From: Macrostomum hystrix
Lineage: Eukaryota; Animalia; Platyhelminthes
Assembly: GCA_950097015.1 (NCBI GenBank)
Contig: CATNEN010000041.1
Span: forward strand, 2,170,001 to 2,234,000
Direction of reading: 5' to 3'
DNA length: 64,000 nt
Each line of letters begins with the position of its first letter. Position 1 is the first letter of the stretch. The position numbers were made by a program, and so were the translations under genes. This document shows positions 58,747-64,000 of the stretch, in pieces. The notes under the pieces were generated by a model, which saw only the letters and a list, made by a program, of their open reading frames with translations, searched no databases and was not told the origin of the DNA.

Positions 58747-59077
58747 GGGAATAGGAGTAAGCAGATGATGCGCAGTTTAGCAAAACTACAGTTAGATTAG
58801 CAAATTCAAGAATTGAATAAGCAATCAAAACCAACAAAGTGTTTGATGAAAAATCAGCACTTTATCGTGATTATCAGTAGTGCAAGCTCGAATTAATGAA
58901 TTTGTTTATCTTCAAACTGAACAAAACTGGCACAGGTGAGATAATTGGCATTCATATTTCAATGACGGGACACTTCTGCGGTTTTTATAAACTGATCATT
59001 TGAAAATGCTGCAGCCACTCAGCACTTTGAAAAGCATGCTCCACCTTGCAGCAGCTGACAGCTTGACGATGCTCCGG

Positions 59078-62000
59078 TCACTTAAAAAAGAATTGGCCGA
59101 CAAAGTTGGCCACGCCCATCAGGATGATGCAGCAGTGCGGCAGCAGGCGGCCCAGTGTCAGGCTGCCGCTCCTGCGGGCCTCCAGGATGCTGATGAGCGG
59201 CGGCAGGGTGAAGATGTAGGCCAGGCCACACAGAGCTCCGGAGAACCTGCGGGCATGTCAACTGATGATGACAAGTTTCAAAGCGGTTTGGCTTGGCCTT
59301 TGTATAGCTGGGAGATCTGCTTCTGGAGCAGCTGCTAGCAGACTGGTAGCAGGAGATCTGCTTCTGGAGCAGCTGCTAGCAGACTGGTAGCAGGAGATCT
59401 GCTTCTGGAGCAGCTGCTAGCAGACTGGTAGCAGGAGATCTGCTTCTGGAGCAGCTGCTAGCAGACTGGTAGCAGGAGATCTGCTTCTGGAGCAGCTGCT
59501 AGCAGACTGGTAGCAGGAGATCTGCTTCTGGAGCAGCTGCTAGCAAACTGGTAGCAGGAGATCTGCTTCTGGAGCAGCTGCTAGCAGACCGGTAGCAGGA
59601 GATCTGCTTCTGGAGCAGCTGCTAGCAGACCGGTAGCAGGAGATCTGCTTCTGGAGCAGCTGCTAGCAGACCGGTAGCAGGAGATCTGCTTCTGGAGCAG
59701 CTGCTAGCAGACCGGTAGCAGGAGATCTGCTTCTGGAGCAGCTGCTAGCAGACCGGTAGCAGGAGATCTGCTTCTGGAGCAGCTGCTAGCAGACCGGTAG
59801 CAGGAGATCTACTTCTGGAGCAGCTGCTAGCAGACCGGTAGCAGGAGATCTGCTTCTGGAGCAGCTGCTAGCAGACCGGTAGCAGGAGATCTGCTTCTGG
59901 AGCAGCTGCTAGCAGACCGGTAGCAGGAGATCTACTTCTGGAGCAGCTGCTAGCAGACCGGTAGCAGGAGATCTGCTTCTGGAGCAGCTGCTAGCAGACC
60001 GGTAGCAGGAGATCTGCTTCTGGAGCAGCTGCTACGCTCGTAGCAGATGGCGCACCTGTATGGCTGTATTCTAGGCGGATACATGCTAGATTTAGAAGCC
60101 CCAAGACTAGATGGCGCACCTGAGAATGCTGCCGATGTTGGGGTAGAACATGGCCATAGCAATGGCCGCTCCGATGACGCAGACGTGCAGAGCAGTCACG
60201 TGTAGCCAGCTGGGGAAGACACTCTTGAAGATGTAGTGCATGAGCTGGGCGCGCAGGATGTACATGAGCAGCGGGAACACCGTCACCATCTGGATGAACA
60301 GGAAGATTCTAGCGGTGAAGGCCAGCACATCCGCGCTGGGGATGTTGTCCAGCAGATTCTGTGGGTTGGCGAACAGCGACAAGTGCTTCCAGAATGCTGG
60401 GGCAACAGCGGAGGGGAATCCCAATGGGATTTTCTGGAGGTTGAATCCCAATAGGATTATTATGGAGGGTGAACCCCAATAGGATTATCTAGAGTGTGAA
60501 TCCCAATAGGACTATCTAGAGTGTGAATCCCAATAGGACTATCTAGAGTGTGAATCCCAATAGGACTATCTAGAGTGTGAATCCCAATAGGATTATCTAG
60601 AGTATAAATCCCAATAGGATTATCTAGAGTGTGAATCCCAATAGGACTATCTAGAGTGTGAATCCCAATAGGACTATCTAGAGTGTGAATCCCAATAGGA
60701 CTATCTAGAGTGTGAATCCCAATAGGATTATCTAGAGTATAAATCCCAATAGGATTATCTAGAGTGTGAATCCCAATAGGACTATCTAGAGTGTGAATCC
60801 CAATAGGACTATCTAGAGTGTGAATCCCAATAGGATTATCTAGAGTATAAATCCCAATAGGATTATCTAGAGTGTAAATCCCAATAGGACTATCTAGAGT
60901 ATAAATCCCAATAGGACTATCTAGAGTGTAAATCCCAATAGGACTATCTAGAGTGTAAATCCCAATAGGACTATCTAGAGTGTGAATCCTAATAGGATTA
61001 TCTAGAGTATAAATCCCATTAGGACTATCTAGAGAGTGAATCCTAATAGGATTTTCGAGAGGGTGACTACAAATGGGATTTTCTAGAGGGTGAAACCCAA
61101 TGGGATTTTGTGAAAGGTGAATCCCAAAAGGATTATCGATTGGGTGAATCCCTAAAGCATTTTAGAGGGTTAATCCCAATATGGTGTTCTGGAAGACAAA
61201 ACCACCTGTTCCTTCTATACACAGGTACTGACCTGTTCAATGCAGTCCTTGGCCAGCGGGTACGCGGCAAAGAACACGAGGCCCACAATGATGTAGGTGA
61301 GCGAGACGCACACGTACGCGATGAGCAGGTCGCGAGTCTGAGCAACCGGAGTGAGCAGTGGAGATGATGATTCTATTTTATAAAGTGAAATTAAAACAAA
61401 ATGTTACTATAGAAACGCAAGAGTTCCAGCTTTTTTGCTTTTTTTCTCACGTAATGCTAAATAAGCTAAAAAAATTGGAAAGTTTCTTGGAATCCCAAGT
61501 ATTCTAGAATCCTAAATGTTCTTCACATACATTTTTCCTTTAAAACACGAGTTTCTTGGAATCCCAAGTATTCTAGAATCCTAAATGTTCTTCACATACA
61601 TTTTTCCTTTAAAACACGAGTTTCTTGGAATCCCAAGTATTCTAGAATCCTGAATTTTCTTCACATACATTTTTCCTTTAAAACACGAGTTTCTTGGAAT
61701 CCCAAGTATTCTAGAATCCTGAATGTTCTTCACATACATTTTTCCTTTAAAACACGAGTTTCTTGGAATCCCAAGTATTCTAGAATCCTGAATTTTCTTC
61801 ACATACATTTTTCCTTTAAAACACGATTTTCTTGGAATGTAGGCTTTTTAAACGAATTTCTTAATTATTTAATTATTTTCTTGGGATCCCAAGTTTCCAG
61901 GAATCCCGATTTTCTGGGAATCCTAAGATTTCTTGAACCTGGATTTTCTTGAATCGCGATCCGTATTTCTTCGCACAATGAGGCGGCATTAATGCCTGCT

Positions 62001-63981
62001 GGAGTAATTGCAATTTGTATGCAGCGAAAACCGTGCGTGATGCCGAGTTTAGAGGACATGTACTTCTACGAGAACTTATAAAATCAAGGGCATATTATTA
62101 GCACAATTGGTTCTAAAAACGACAAAAAATCATGATAAATCTTCGTAAAAACAATGAAAAATGCACTTTTAGAAAAATTAATGAAGCGAACTCTAAAAAT
62201 CAAAGCATGACTTTTGTTAGTCTAAATCATAATTTTCTTGGAAATCAAAACGTGTAAAATTATTTTCAGATGCTACAAAACTCGACATTCCTTTTCTGCT
62301 GTTCTGAGGCTGACGTGGACTTCAGATCCCACTGAATCCCAGCCACTCTCTACTCCTGAGATCCCTAGCATCCCACTGAATCCCAGCCACTCCCTACTCC
62401 TGAGATTCCTGGCATCCCACTGAATCCCAGCCACTCCCTACTCCTGAGATCCCTGGCATCCCACTGAATCCCAGCCACTCCCTACTCCTGAGATCCCTGG
62501 CATCCCACTGAATCCCAGCCACTCCCTACTCCTGAGATCCCTGGCATCCCACTGAATCCCAGCCACTCCCTACTCCTGAGATCCCTGGCATCCCACTGAA
62601 TCCCAGCCACTCCCTACTCCTGAGATCCCTAGCATCCCACTGAATCCCAGCCACTCCCTACACCTGAGATCCCTGGCATCCCACTGAATCCCAGCCACTC
62701 TCTACTCCTGAGATCCCTGGCATCCCACTGAATCCCAGCCACTCCCTACTCCTGAGATCCCTAGCATCCCACTGAATCCCAGCCACTCCCTACACCTGAG
62801 ATCCCTGGCATCCCACTGAATCCCAGCCACTCCCTACACCTGAGATCCCTGGCATCCCACTGAATCCCAGCCACTCCCTACACCTGAGATCCCTGGCATC
62901 CCACTGAATCCCAGCCACTCCCTACACCTGAGATCCCTGGCATCCCACTGAATCCCAGCCACTCCCTACACCTGAGATCCCTGGCATCCCACTGAATCCC
63001 AGCCACTCCCTACACCTGAGATCCCTGGCATCCCACTGAATCCCAGCCACTCCCTACACCTGAGATCCCTGGCATCCCACTGAATCCCAGCCACTCCCTA
63101 CACCTGAGATCCCTAGCATCCCACTGAATCCCAGCCACTCCCTACACCTGAGATCCCTAGCATCCCACTGAATCCCAGCCACTCCCTACACCTGAGATCC
63201 CTAGCATCTTACTGAATCCCAGCCACTCCCTACTCCTGAGATCCCTGGCATCCCACTGAATCCCAGCCACTCCCTACACCTGAGATCCCTAGCATCTTAC
63301 CGAATCCCAGCCACTCCCTACTCCTGAGATCCCTGGCATCCAAGTGAATCCCAGCCACTCCCTACACCTGAGATCCCTAGCATCTTACTGAATCCTAGCC
63401 ACTCCCTACTCCTGAGATCCCTAGCATCCCACTGAATCCCAGCCACTCCCTACTCCTGAGATCCCTGGCATCCCACTGAATCCCAGCCACTCCCTACTCC
63501 TGAGATCCCTGGCATCCCAGTGAATCCCAGCCACTCCCTACTCCTGAGATCCCTGGCATCCAAGTGAATCCCAGCCACTCCCTACACCTGAGATCCCTAG
63601 CATCTTACTGAATCCTAGCCACTCCCTACACCTGAGATCCCTAGCATCTTACTGAATCCTAGCCACTCCCTACACCTGAGATCCCTAGCATCCCACTGAA
63701 TCCCAGCCACTCCCTACTCCTGAGATCCCTGGCATCCCAGTGAATCCCAGCCACTCCCTACAACTGAGATCCCTGGGTACAGTGCAAGCCTTCAGTAAGG
63801 TAGAATTTCGCGGAAATGAAAGCCTGGAATCGCCAGCAATTAAGGCGGCGCAAGCGCTAAATGCTTTGGTTTACATTGTTCTCTGGCCGTTTCTGCTCCC
63901 GCATCAGCGACACGATGAAGCAGTGACTGAACAGGGCCAGAGACAGCACGCCGGCCATGGTCACAAAGCTGGGGGAGAACT
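59078..63981 (-). CDS. SLC38A9: Lysosomal amino-acid transporter SLC38A9, last four exons (gene continues past the window end)
   Basis: Minus-strand exons 63981-63875 (FVTMAGVLSLALFSHCFIVSLMREQKRPENN), 61337-61233 (TRDLLIAYVCVSLTY...KDCIEQ), 60358-60120 (NLLDNIPSADVLAFTARIFLFIQMVTVFPLL...FYPNIGSILR) and 59246-59078 (FSGALCGLAYIFTLP...ANFVGQFFFK, TGA). Phases are compatible and the sequence follows the C-terminal half of SLC38A9 as I recall it. Confidence 0.9.
59310..60032. repeat. Minisatellite, 41-bp unit, about 17 copies (SLC38A9 last intron)
   Basis: Unit GGTAGCAGGAGATCTGCTTCTGGAGCAGCTGCTAGCAGAC(T/C). Confidence 0.96.
60444..61135. repeat. Minisatellite, 27-bp unit, about 25 copies (SLC38A9 intron)
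   Basis: Unit AATCCCAATAGGACTATCTAGAGTGTG, degenerate at the edges. Confidence 0.93.
61482..61838. repeat. Minisatellite, 69-bp unit, about 5 copies (SLC38A9 intron)
   Basis: Unit TTTCTTGGAATCCCAAGTATTCTAGAATCCTGAATGTTCTTCACATACATTTTTCCTTTAAAACACGAG. Confidence 0.93.
62323..63776. repeat. Minisatellite, 44-bp unit, about 33 copies (SLC38A9 intron)
   Basis: Unit ATCCCACTGAATCCCAGCCACTCCCTACTCCTGAGATCCCTGGC. Confidence 0.96.
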
Positions 63982-64000
63982 CTGCAAGGCGGGGTGGGCA

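Noticed and set aside
45260-58800. Repeat ORFs at 45.3-46.4, 56.3-57.1 and 57.7-58.8 kb
   Set aside because: Unit lengths divisible by 3 with no stop codons, open on several frames and strands, no splice or homology support.

Overview
Eukaryotic (metazoan) genomic DNA. GC-rich exons, canonical GT-AG introns and introns packed with private minisatellites resemble a Macrostomum-type flatworm genome (inference, not verified). Conserved genes reconstructed exon by exon with consistent splice phases: the 3' part of a discs-large MAGUK (PDZ-SH3-GK, +), a complete ATG16L1 (-), a complete AP-2 mu subunit AP2M1 (+) and the last four exons of SLC38A9 (-). About 17 kb (roughly a quarter) of the window is minisatellite, spread over about 21 unrelated arrays, and these account for most of the long repetitive ORFs in the track. 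The main discovery is a tandem array of three 7-exon paralogues (27.1-55.7 kb, all +) encoding about 2100-aa NWD1/NWD2-like STAND proteins. Their architecture is a DUF4062-like (TIR-like) N-terminus, a NACHT-type NTPase, a long degenerate beta-propeller region and a C-terminal Dpy-30/RIIa-like dimerisation motif on its own last exon, which the ORF track mostly misses. The NTPase core (about 1.77 kb including an intron) is almost identical in all three copies, while the putative sensor region is highly divergent with patchy identical tracts. This is the pattern expected of a gene-conversion-shuffled NLR-like receptor cluster. Only the middle copy is intact. The two outer copies are frameshifted in the same effector-to-NACHT linker, yet their downstream frames remain open.
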